From positions 64,666,001 through 64,730,000 of the forward strand of contig JBITNC010000001.1 in NCBI GenBank assembly GCA_050084985.1: a stretch of DNA of 64,000 nucleotides. Direction: 5' to 3'. Below the pieces are notes generated by a model. That model saw only the letters and a program-made list of their open reading frames with translations. It did not search any database and was not told the DNA's origin. A program made the position numbers and the translations under genes. Below are positions 13,401 to 26,100 of this stretch, in pieces (the stretch's first letter is position 1; every line of letters starts with the position of its first letter). The stretch comes from Nageia nagi. Lineage: Eukaryota > Plantae > Pinophyta.

Positions 13401-16400
13401 GTCCTCAATGTATTTGGCTTGTCTTGCTAATGTTGGGCTCCTGTAGCAATTGCCTCATCTGAACAATCTCCTTATTGACCTCAGCAGTGCTCCTATAGAT
13501 AATTGCATCTTGTTTGAAGATGCCACTGTACCCAATCCAAATGTGAAAATACAAGAAGTAGATCTTTAACCACCAGCATTAGCAACCTAATATGAATTTG
13601 AATAAAACACATATGAGGCTTTTCGCCCTAATCAAATGTAACCATAACATATCTAAGGATGTGCTTTGCCTCTTTCCAGTGGTTCTCTCTAAGGCCTTTC
13701 ATGATCGTAGAGACTTATAACATGGCAAAGGAAAAGTTCAATCTACTATGGTTCAAGTAGAATAGATTACACACACAGATGGGAAAAAGTACCATCCACT
13801 TGAGGGTCATTGGGAAATCTTGAAACAAACTTCGATCTTGGAGTTGAAGGGGTGGAGAGAGGCTTATAATTCATAATCTTAAACTTCTTGAAAATCTGTG
13901 TTATAATTGTGTACTTGGTCTTGGCCAATACATGGTGAGGTTGAAACTTTTTAAAAACTCAAACTTGGGAGAAACTTTGGAAAGAAAAATCAAAAGGAAT
14001 TGAAAATACAACAAATTTTGGAATTCTCACTAAGAACTTGGGAATATTCCTGAATATGTCAGTATTCTCGCTCAGTTTTGCTTTATGAAACCTGGCTAAT
14101 TATTCAGTGATTACCGACCAAACTCACCGAGTTTCATAACTATGATCTGTGGCATACTTACGTTGAGAAATGACAATGCTATGGTCTAGTTGCCAAACAT
14201 GGATCTCCAAAAAGAAATGCGAAAGACCAGGATTTGTCAAATCATTCACTTATAGTATTGTTACAAAAACCAGGTCCTCTTTCCTTCAAACATACACATT
14301 AAGTACTCTTTGATGCACACCTTACAAAGCTTGATGAAGGTGTGGATATTTGATCTTCTCTACCCAAGTCCTAGGTGCTTGCATCAACATATTTGGAAGT
14401 GGCATACCACAAACTTCATTATTTGTAATATGGTCCTTCATCTTCACAGGACGCTCATAGAGATCCCAAATCTAGAACTTGTGGACATTCCAAAAATTTC
14501 TCAACCTTGAACTTCCAATCATGTGCACCCTTCACCTCAGTTTTGACATCATTAGCTGTACAGATGACCTTTTTAGGATTCTATCTTTGGTGATCTGAAT
14601 CAGTGATAATCATCTAATCCTTTCAGAAAATCCATTGCATTAAGTTTGGATTAATTTTTGTGGCATTTCATGAAATTGGCCTCAGAAAACTGCCCTAAAG
14701 TAAATTTAAACTGGATGTGATGATGGATATAGATTAGTAAAAACTAAAATATGTACATGAAGAAACTATCCTCATGGGTTTGCGTATTCCAACAGTTTGC
14801 ATTAACTGTTCAATCACAAATGCTACCATTTTGTTCGTGCTCTTATGATTTAGGACCAACAAATTATCCGAGGATAGAATTTTCTTATTTGAGATTCTAC
14901 TGTAACATTCTGAAATCACTTTAGTAGCTAAGCTGCAGACGAATGCAAAACTTTTTAAATTTTCTTAGGTGAGCAAATCTACCAGTCGACAGACTAAGCA
15001 TACTTAATGTCATAGGTGATTTTCTGTTTGTTTGTTTCAATTTTAGTGTAAATGATTCTTGAAGCGACTATGTGTTCTTCGAAAGAACTAACACTAACAA
15101 GATAATTCCTAAACAACCAAGATCTCTTGAAAGCTCACAATTACATCTAACAAACTCACAAAGCAATTTCACAACACAAGATGTAAGTGGTTCCTCCAAC
15201 TAGGAGTACATCCACTAACTAGATCTTTACTTCAATCACAAATACAACTCTTACAATCCTCCTACACTTTTCTCCACAATTGGTGTATGATCACAAAGAA
15301 GGAGCCTTCTACTTATAAGCCAAAATCTCTCTTTGGATCACCCTTTTATCCAATGTACAAAAGCATGACATGCACATCCTTTTACCCAAGGGGCATGCTT
15401 ATGACATGGAGTGTAGGACAAGTTACATTATTATATTCACTTAAATACTTAAGGTATCAAATAATACCCTTAAGTATTAGTGAACTTACATGGAAAATTA
15501 TTACATAACCTTTACAATAATGCATTATACATTCCAACACTCCTTCTTAATGCAATATTGGGATAAAGGGAGTAAGAGAGAAGAAAAGAAAGTAAGAGAG
15601 TTCTCCTCGAGACAAATACAATGGAGATAAGAACTTTTTACATATTTGTGAAGTAAAAAAGATCTGATTTGAGACTCACTACTTTACTAAATACAATCAT
15701 TAACCACAACCGGTTTCAATGTACACAAAGTAGTCATCCAACTGGAAGTCATGAAGAGTTTCCAAGAGCTTGCATACCTGAAGAAGTAACCTGCAATCTC
15801 AAGGAACCTGCAAGTCATAAGTAGTTCAAATAACAAGATCAGTTAGATGCAACATATTCATCTCATCAAGGATAGATGAATCACACAAATGCTATCATGA
15901 ACTGATCAATGGTGCACTATAAGTCATCACGAAGATGCCATGCCAAAAACTTAGTCACCTGCTGTATATAAAACATGTGTTGATTATCATTACAAAATAG
16001 AGCATGCACATACAAGTTCCTCACATATGAATAACTGAACAGTGCCAAAAGACACATAAGAGTTCCTCACACATGGATAACTGAACAATGCTAGATTGAT
16101 CAAAATAGAGCATGCACATACGAGTTCCTCACATATGGATAATTGAATAATGCTAAAAAGACACATAAGAGTTCCTCACACATGGATAACTGAACAGTGT
16201 TAGACTGACCAAAATAGAGCATGCACATACGAGTTCCTCACATATGGATAACTGAACAATGCCAAAAGACACATAAGAGTTCCTCACACGTGGATAACTG
16301 AACAGTGCTAGATTGGCCAATCTTTTGCTTTAAAAATTTGTACAATAAGTTCCTCGCGTAGAGCGAACTTACCACGAAGGTATACAATAAAATCAACACT

Positions 16401-19400
16401 ATACAACACAAAATCCTCTTAGGGGTGAAGTCATCACAAACATGAATTCAACATAAGAATTCAAACTTCACTCCCCCTTGAAGGCAACTTCACCAACCCG
16501 ATAGCATTCCTAAGCTTACAGAATTGATCTTTTGGGAGGGGCTTGGTGAACAAATCAGCGACGTTTAAGGTGGATGGACAATACTCTAGGTGTATGATGC
16601 CATCAAGAACCTTATCTTTGATAAAATGGACATGGATTTCCACATGTTTTGTTCTCTGATGGAACACAAGATTCTTAGCCAAAGAAATAGCTGACTGATT
16701 GTCTGAAGAGATCAAAGCTGAGCCACCTTGTTCATACCCAATTTCTTTCAGAAGATGCCTTAGCCAAATGGCTTCCTAGGCTGCAATAGACATGGCACGG
16801 TATTCAGCTTTTGTGGTGGAAAGAGAAACAGTAGGTTGCTTATTGGAAGCCCAAGAGATAGCACCTGAACCAATGCTAAACACATACGCAGAGGTTGATT
16901 TCCTATCATCTCTATCTCCCTCATAGTTAGAATTTGAGAATCCAGAGAGAACAAATGAGGGCAACTTAGAATACTTGAAAGTAAGATCCTTAGTCCTTGC
17001 AACATACCTCAAGATTTGCTTAACAACATTGAAGTGTTCAACATATGGTTTCTGCATGAATTGAGCCATCAGATTCACTGCAAAGGCAATATCTGGCTTG
17101 GATATAGTCAAATACAAAAGACTACCAACTGATTGCTTGTAAGCTGTAGCATCAACTAAGTGAGAGTTGGAGCTCAGAGAAACAGTGATTCCAGGAGAGA
17201 TTGGGATCGCAACATATCTACACTCCTCCATTCCAAACTTCTGCAAGATGTTTGATATATACTTAGATTGACTGAGGTAAGTATAATCCTTGTATTGATA
17301 CACTTGCATTCCAAGATAGTAGTGCAAAAGACCAAGATTAGTCATTTCAAACGTTGCCTTAAGTTTGGATATGCACTCTTAAATGATTTCATCATTATTC
17401 CCAGTAATCAAAAGATCATCCATATAAAGAAGAATCAAGACTATGTCTTTCTCTTGATTGAGCACATATAGATTGGAGTCAGAAAAACACTTGAAGAAAC
17501 CAATGTCTGCAAAATACCCTGAAATCTTTTTGTACTAGACTCGAAGTGCTTGCTTAAGTCCATACAATGACTTCTTTGGCTTGCACACAAAGGACTCTTT
17601 GCTTTCCACGATAAACCTTTCTGGTTGATTCATGAAGATTTTCACATCTAAGTCACCATTGAGAAATGCACTCTTGATGTCAAGTTGAAAAACTTTCCAT
17701 CCTTGAGTTGCAGAAAGAGCAAGGATAACTCTTATAGTCAGCATCTTTGCCGCGGGAGCAAAGGTTTCCTCATAATTTACATCGTATTTCTGAGTAAAAC
17801 CTTTAGCTACTTACCTTGCCTTGTATTTGTCAATATCTTCAACTGAATTGAACTTGACCTTGTAGATCCATTTATTGCCAATCACATTCTTCTCATTGGG
17901 ATAAGGAACCAAGTCCTAAGTTTTATTTTTCATAAGCACCTCATACTCCACTTTCATAGCTTTCATTTAGCACTCGTGCTTTGAAGCTTCTTTGAAGGTT
18001 GAGGCCTCATGCTTGTTGTCAACCTTGGCAATTAAGGATTTGTTCAAGGTTATGCTCTTTGTTACCTTTTGTGTTGGAGAATTTTGTTTTTGAGGTGATT
18101 TGTTTATATCAATATCCAACCAGCTAGGAGTAACTGAAGAGTCCTCTGGATCATCAACATCCTTATTAGAAGCAGATTCTTTAGGAAGTTCATTGAACTT
18201 TACATCCTTTGAAACAAACAAGGCTTTGTAGGATGGATAGTAGAGCGTATAACCTTTATGTTGACTATCATAACCCACAAAGATGCATTTTTTAGCTCTT
18301 TTGTCCAACTTCTTCCTTTTCTCAGAAATAATGTAGGAGAATGCTTTATAACCAAACACCCTAAGGTGAAAAAAGTTAGGTTTTCTTCCTGACCATGCCT
18401 TAAAAGGAGTTTTACTCTAAATGGCTTTTGTGGGACACCTATTCAAGGTGTGGATAGCAGTGCTTACAGCTTCACTCCACAAGAAATTAGGAAGATTACC
18501 CAACATGCATCTAGCCATCTCCATAATTGTTCTATTTTTCTTTTCGGCAACACCGTTCTACTAAGGAGTGTAAGGAATCGTAAAGTGCCTCTTGATTCCA
18601 TACTTAGCACAATAGTCATTGAATTCATTATTATATTCTCTCTCATTATCTGATCTCAACATCTTGATTTTAAGGTTAGTTTGATCCTCAAGAAAGGCCT
18701 TAAAAACCTTAATAAAGGTTTGATCCTTGTGCTCAAGTAGATACCCAAAGGTCATCCTACTAAAGTCATCATTGAAGGTCAAGACGTAAGATACTCCTCT
18801 AAGCGACTTAGTTTGAAACGGACCTATCAAATCTGAATGCACAAGTTGAAGAGGTTGAGATGCTCTTATTGCCTTATCTTTTTCAAACTTTGATCTATGC
18901 ATCTTGCCAAGAATGCACTTTTCACATAGACCAATCGAATGAGAAATTGAAGGCAAACCTTCCACAAGTTCTTGGTCTTTCATGACTTGAATACTCTTGT
19001 GGTTAAGGTGCTCTAAACGATGGTGCCAAAGATTGCCTTTAGAACACACACTAGAAGCAAGACACATCTTTGATGGAACTTAATCCACAATGTAAAGGTT
19101 ATCTTTTACAGAGCCTTTAACCAAAGTGGCAAGTCCTTCTTAATGCATCAGGATTGAGAGTCGAACTCAAAAGAGTACCCTTTTCTAGCAATTTGGATTA
19201 CGGAGAGGAGGTTCATCCTTAATTTAGGAACATAGAGAACATTTTTGAGAACCTTTCCGTGAATCAACACACTCCCAATTCCTTGGACTTCAAGGGCGGA
19301 GTTATCACTTATCACAACTGCATCTTTTCTATACTTGTGAAAGTTCTCAAACTTTTCTTTTTCAAAACATAGGTGATTAGTGCAACCAGAGTCAACAATC

Positions 19401-22400
19401 CAATCAGACGAAAAAGAGCGAGACATGGAGTAGAGCGCTGCAGCAAAACCAACATGAATATTCTTCTTTCCTTTGAAGTTCTTTACGTTTCTATTGCTTT
19501 TGTTCTTTTTTTCTTTTTGTAGCAATCAACTTCTTTGTGACCTTGAATGCCACAATAGTTACAATTACCATCAAATTTTTTCTTAAGATAAGGAATGTTT
19601 GCTTTACCTTTTCCATCTCTTTGCTTGAAGTGGTTGTTGTTGTCATTGTTCCTGCTGCTGTGGTTATTATTTCTGTTGTTCCTACTGCTGTGGTTATTAT
19701 TTCTGTTGTTCCTGCTACTGTTGTAGCCATTGTCTCTTTTCTCAAACCTTTTGGAGGAAGAAGGATAAGATTTCTTTTGATGGTTGAACTTTTTGAAAAG
19801 AGTTTTGGTTGCTCTAAGAGCAACGTTATTATCCTTAGGAGAAAAAATCAACACCTTATTGTTAAGGGTTTCCTCATGTTTCAAAAGGTGCCTAAAAAGG
19901 TTCTCAAGGGAGAAAACTTCTTCTTCATTATCAAGCCTTATTTCCATAACCGTCACAAAGTTTCCAAACTTTGAAGAATGATGAATACCATGAATTCATC
20001 ATTGGTCCAATTACACCTACAAGCAACAAGTTGGGTCCTTAGGTCAATGATTTTGTTTAAGTAGATAGCCACATTTTCATCTTTCCCTTGATGAGATTGA
20101 AGCAATGTTTGGAGAATGGTAAACATTCTTGAAAAGTTTGAACCAAGGTAGATTTGCTTAAGTTTATCCCAAGCTTCCTTTGCCGAGGTTGAAGAAGAAA
20201 TCATTAGGAGCACATCATCTGAAACTGCACGGTAAATCATAGAGGTTGCCAACTCATTTTTTATGTTGTAAGCCTCTAGTGCTTTCTCATCTGTAGGAGG
20301 TACAAGGTTCTTGTTCACTATTTGCAAAATTTCCTTGCTTGCAATTCAGCTCTTATTTGTGGTTTCCAAATCCAATAGTTGAAACCATCAAGAATGTGTT
20401 TGTGTAAAAAGGATTCTCCCATTTACTACACAAGAATGTGAAAAATAATAAGCATGTGGTTTAATAACATTATATGTTAAGTTTTAACCAAGTAAATAAT
20501 ACATGTTAAATTTAACACTAAAGACATGCATGATTTGATTCACAAGTGCAAATGTTTTACAACTCAAATAATCCATGTACCCAAATACATTTCTCATCTC
20601 AAGAACCATAGATGTAGAGTGATATTGTTGAAGCTTGTTTTCTTGTCTAAAATTAGGCCTTCACTTGGATGCCCACACAAGAAGAGCAGCAATATACTCA
20701 ACAATGTGTGGCATCTAGGTGAGGGCCTAATTTTAAACAAGAAAACAAGCATCAACAATGTCACTCTACATCTACAATTCTTGAGATAAAAAATGTATTT
20801 GGATACATGGATTATTTGAGTTGTAAAACTTTTGCAGCAATATACTCTCACAAAGAGAAGTACTAACTATTTTCCAATCCTCAACTGGTTCCTCTTGAGT
20901 AGCAATATACTTTCACAAGGAGAAGTACTAACTATTTTCCAAGGTTCCAACGTTTATTGGATCAGCCAAATTATTAATCTTGATTAGGTTTCAAGTTGTC
21001 CTCTTAAGTTATCAGGATAATCCTTGAATGGACATGCGGATATGTGGTATCACTACACACATACCTGTCCACCTATTGGAGTTAAATCCAGACCAACAGA
21101 GGACTTAGGGGCAATTGAGAAGTACAGACTTTTCACCATTTGGATTGTCAGACTTAAAGGTTCCAGTCCGTCTATTCTCACCTCATAGCTCCCCAAACAA
21201 GTCATGTTGCGGAATGTACGTGCGGATGTGTTCATTTTAGGGGGTTGCTTATTTCAATGTTTGCGTTTTTGTTTGAATAAGCAAATAAACAAAATGCGAA
21301 ACATGAAGTAAAAGAGCATAAGTAAACATCATCCATTTGCAATTTGAAACCTAAGTGTCCAATGGGTTTTGTTTACCAACCCCTAAAGGACATCTTTATA
21401 TCATTTCTAATTTTGCACAAGTCCATTTTTACATAAAGAAGTAGATTGCATCATAACTTAAGTAATAAGCATGCATTATATGACTTAAAAATTTAAGCAT
21501 CTAAAATTAAGTCCTTAAGCATGTATTATTAACTTTGAACAATTAAGTACTAAGCATGTATTATTAACTTTGAACAATTAAGTACTAAGCATGTATTTAA
21601 CTTAAAATTTTAAGCTCTAAGCATAAACTTTAAAAAATTATGCAAACAACATGCATTAAACTTTAAGTAAAAAATTCATACAAATTCCCCCTTTTTACTT
21701 AAAGTTGTACCCTTAAAGATAGCATACTCAGCTTAACTTAATACTTTAAGCACTTTAGAAAGTACTAGCATTATGTTAATAAAAGCAAGTTTTATTAATC
21801 ATAATGTCAAAAAGTTTAAGTATTTGAAGTAAAATGTAAAAAAAAATTCTTTTAAGTAAAAAATATATTTTACCCTTCCCAAGGCAATTAGGCAATATGA
21901 TCCCTTCAATAGATACTTAGGTAAAAAAATGCTAATTTTACCTTAGTAAAATAACATTATAATTATCATTTTGCCTAAGTAAATTATGAAGATAAAAGGT
22001 TATACTTTTAAGTTAAAAAAAAAAAAAAAATTTACTTAAAAAGTAAACAAATTGCCATATTTTCTGAAAGTAGGGGAGCTATGAAGGAGTAATAATTTTA
22101 CTCATTATGTATTTTTAGGCCATCTACTTACCTTAAAGAAATGTAATTCATGATACACATGATTATATTAAATTTGGAGTATAAGTGCTATTATTAGAAA
22201 GAAATGGCTTGCAAGCAAGCAAAAAATATTAAATGCCCATCAACCATTATAGGTTAAAAAATAGATTTGACTCATGATGGTGATATGGAGTAAACGTTTG
22301 TTTTTAGGTGCATTTAATAAAAAATAGCTTGCAAGCAATCAAACAATATTAAATGTTAAAAGGACAAGAATGAAGGGGCTTAGGTTTGAAGCGAGTGGTG

Positions 22401-23090
22401 GTGAGAAGAAGAAGAAAAAAATCAGCCGCCTTCCTTGCCTTCCCTATGCGTAGAGAGCAGCCAACACATGATCGCGAGCAAGAGGAGGTGGTTGGAGAGG
22501 AGGCCCGATGGAGGAGAGGGCCTAGGAAATGATGGGAGGAGCGTCGGGAGGCAAACAAGAGTGGCGGGAAGGGACAACGAGGAGGGAGCCGCAAGCGTCG
22601 ACGTAGAGGGAGCCGTGAGCGACAGGAGGAAAGCCGTAGGAAGGAGTGCGGCGGTGCGAGGGGCAATGAGGAATGATAATGAGATCCATTCATGAGAATG
22701 GAGAGGGGTCGTAGGAATGATAATGAGATCCATTCCTACCAAGGCATCCTCCAACTTCTCCTTCCCACAAACCCTCTCACAACGGCGAAAGTGACCATGT
22801 GGTTAACATCGACGGTGACATCGGGCATGTTAACGACATCGTAGAGATGGAGTACGGAGATGAGAGAATTCATCTTCATGAGAAGGGAGAGGGGTCGCAG
22901 AGGCGCCACAACATGAGGAGGACAAGGTCAAAAGAGGTGGTGATGCTCTCCTTCAAAGAGTTGCCACAGGGAAAAAAATATAACATATAGTTTAGAAAAC
23001 CACCCCTTATTGGTTTTTTTTGTTTTTTGTAAAAACATATTTTTTTTGTCCAAAAAAAAAACTTCATTATTTGCTTCCACAAGACTATTT

Positions 23091-23128
<38 letters not shown>

Positions 23129-26100
23129 AACAAAATTCCCATCAAAGATTTTTGTAAAAAAAAAATCCTTTTTGTGTCAACCATAGTAGTAAATATCGGA
23201 CTCGGCTCGGACTCGCCGAGGCCCACTCGGACTCGAGACTCGGGACTCGGCAAAAAAATCGGCCAGACTCGGCAAAAACTCGGCAAAAGAAAAAAAAAAA
23301 AATATGTATTTTTTCACTGAAAACATAAGTTTTTTCAATTGCATATTACTTATTATTGTTATTAGTGTCTTCTAGAAGCCTACTTACTCAACATCAACAT
23401 TATACAATTTACAATATACACAATTACGAATAAGAAAAAACGAATAGGAAGGGGCATATGTTTATATTCATCAAAATGTTAAAACTTCAAAGTTCACAAT
23501 ACAAAATGTGCCTATGAGGCTAAGATGGCTACAAAATACAAAAGCACACAATCTAATATCTAATTCTATGATGGCTGAAAACTTCAATTTTTTGTCATCC
23601 TTTTCCCCTTTGCCCTAGCATAAGATACAAGTTCCTTTTGTGCCTGAGCTACGGAACTAGATGGCACTTCCCCTTCTTGTACCCTTTGCTCTTCTTGCCC
23701 CTTTGCTGCCAACTCCTCAGCTAGAATTTCAAGATCATCAAAGACAATGTTAGGAATATTAGGATGTTGTAAAGGTTGATCCTCATCATCTGAAGACTCA
23801 TCCACATCCCCTGAAGGCTGACCCTGATCCTGTAAAGGCTGATCCTGATCCTGTAAAGGCTGATCGTCTACGATCCATTCACTGGATGGATCAATGGCAT
23901 CAAGCTCAATGGCCTCATAATCTATACCTGCAATGTTTGCATAAAGTTCAATATCAATTTCTTAAATTTGTTTTCCAACTTAAAAGAGTTGTATATTTTA
24001 TGAAATTGTAGATAATGGCCTCATAATCTAGATTCTATACCTGCAACTTTTTTATGGTGGAGGAGTAGATTGTAGTGAACAAACACAAGATCATTTAATT
24101 TTTCTTGTGTTAACCTGTTTCTCCTTTTGGAGTGAATGTGCTCAAAGATACTCCAATTACGCTCACAACCAGAAGCACTGCATGGTTGGGATAATACACG
24201 GATTGCAAAATTTTGTAGGTTGGGTGTAAATGACCCAAAATCCTCCCACCATAAGTCTGAAAAAATCCAATAAAAATAGATTTAATACACCACAAGTTCA
24301 CATGTAAAAATTGAAACTAAGATTAAAAGATTAAAGTTTAATGTTTAATATTTAAATAACTTACGTGGTAGCAAAGTATCAACTGCTTTGGCACATTCAG
24401 GGGAACTGAAAAGGATGCCGGTGGCACTTTTATATGCTTGCATCTCAGTTTGTATTGCTGAGCGAATGTTTGGATCAGCCACCAAACGGTCAATAGCAAT
24501 CCTTAATCCTGACATCACCTCATAATCCTTACATTTTTTTCCAAACCAAAATTTGGGATTAAAATAGTAAGCTGCTGCATGAAGAGAGCTATGAAGTTGG
24601 AATGTCCAACGACGATCAATGAGATCCCAAAGGGGTTGGTATTTGGCCTTATCGATGTTATAATGTTTAGCAATAGCTTGTTTGGCCCTTTCCATGGCCT
24701 CAAACACATAACCCATAGGTGGTTTGTCTCCATCAACAAGACGAAGAACTGTCACCAAAGGCTCTACTATCTGGAAAAAAAAATATTTAAATTCAATATA
24801 AAGTTTAAAACTTTAAAGTTAAACAAAAAAATAAAATTAAAAGTTTAATCTTGTAAATTGTACCTTGATGGCCTCCTCCATGGCCATCCAGAAGGGCTCC
24901 TCAAATAAGATGTCATAGACACTCTTCCATTCGGTGGTGCCTTTGAACCTAGCTCCAGCTTCCGTGAGCCACTCATCACCAACAAACATCTTCTTCATTG
25001 CCCCCTAGATATCAAATTTATGATTGAAGTTAGTTAATCTAATCACAAATCAAAAATTAAAAATAAATAACAATTATCATGTGTATGATTATGTTACGAT
25101 GAAGTTATCAACCTGTGCCTGGAAGAGACTCTGCAAAGTAATAAAAGTTGTGGCAAATCGTGTAATCCCAGGCCGTGCTATCTCCCTGCCACTAGTGTAT
25201 TGCCTCATAAGATGCAACACCCATGAATGATTGTAAACATATTTGACCACATGCTTTGCCTTCTCAACAATCGTGGCCAGCCAAGGTAATTTGCCAATGT
25301 CCTCCAGTAGCAAATCAAGACAATGGGCTGCACATGGGGTCCATACAAGTGTTTGGTATTTGCCCTCCAAAATCCTTCCTGCTCTCTTATAAGCTGAAGC
25401 ATTATCCGTGATGATCTGGACAACATTTTCAGCTCCAACCTCATCCACTATGCTACCCAACAAGGCTGCAAGACGTACTCCATTCTTCACAATGCCAGAT
25501 GCATCTACTGATCTCAAGAATACAATGCCTTCACATGAGGCAACCAAGAAATTGATCAATGTTCTACCCCGACCATCTTCCCAACCATCTGACATAATCG
25601 TGCACCCTGATGTGTGCCAACTCTCACGTTGCTTATGAAGCAACGTTTGAATGTCCTGCACAGCCTCGTCAAGGAGAGGACCCCTCAAATCATAATATGT
25701 GGGTGCCTTAAATCCTTGACCGCATGCTGCAATAGCCTCTACCATGCCCCGCCAATATGGAGACCTAGCCACATTGAATGGGATGTCTGAAAAAAACCAA
25801 AATGCAGCTATCGCCTTCCTGGCTTGCTTGTGTCTCTCCTCGTTCCATGCAGTCATACCATGCAATGTGGGTTGTGACCCTGGACTGGAACGTGAAGCAA
25901 AAAAAGATCCGGGTTTTGCAATTGAGGCAATGCTAGAGCTATTGCCACCACTACCACTAGCAACTCCTCTGCTAGGAAATGGTGATGGCGTATATGTGCT
26001 ACCTGTCTCTCCAAGGGGGTTTGCCATGGCCACATCATGTTTCCTTTTCAATTCCTTCTTCTCTTTATAACCAATGAGAGATGCATTGCACTCTTGCTGA

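Noticed and set aside
15993-16320. Repeat-spacer pattern resembling a CRISPR array
   Set aside because: The spacers themselves repeat in alternation, the context is a eukaryotic retrotransposon 3' UTR, and there are no cas genes.
19630-19725. 27-bp repeats encoding [10 protein letters not shown] as a separate feature
   Set aside because: Ordinary low-complexity linker before the gag zinc knuckle.
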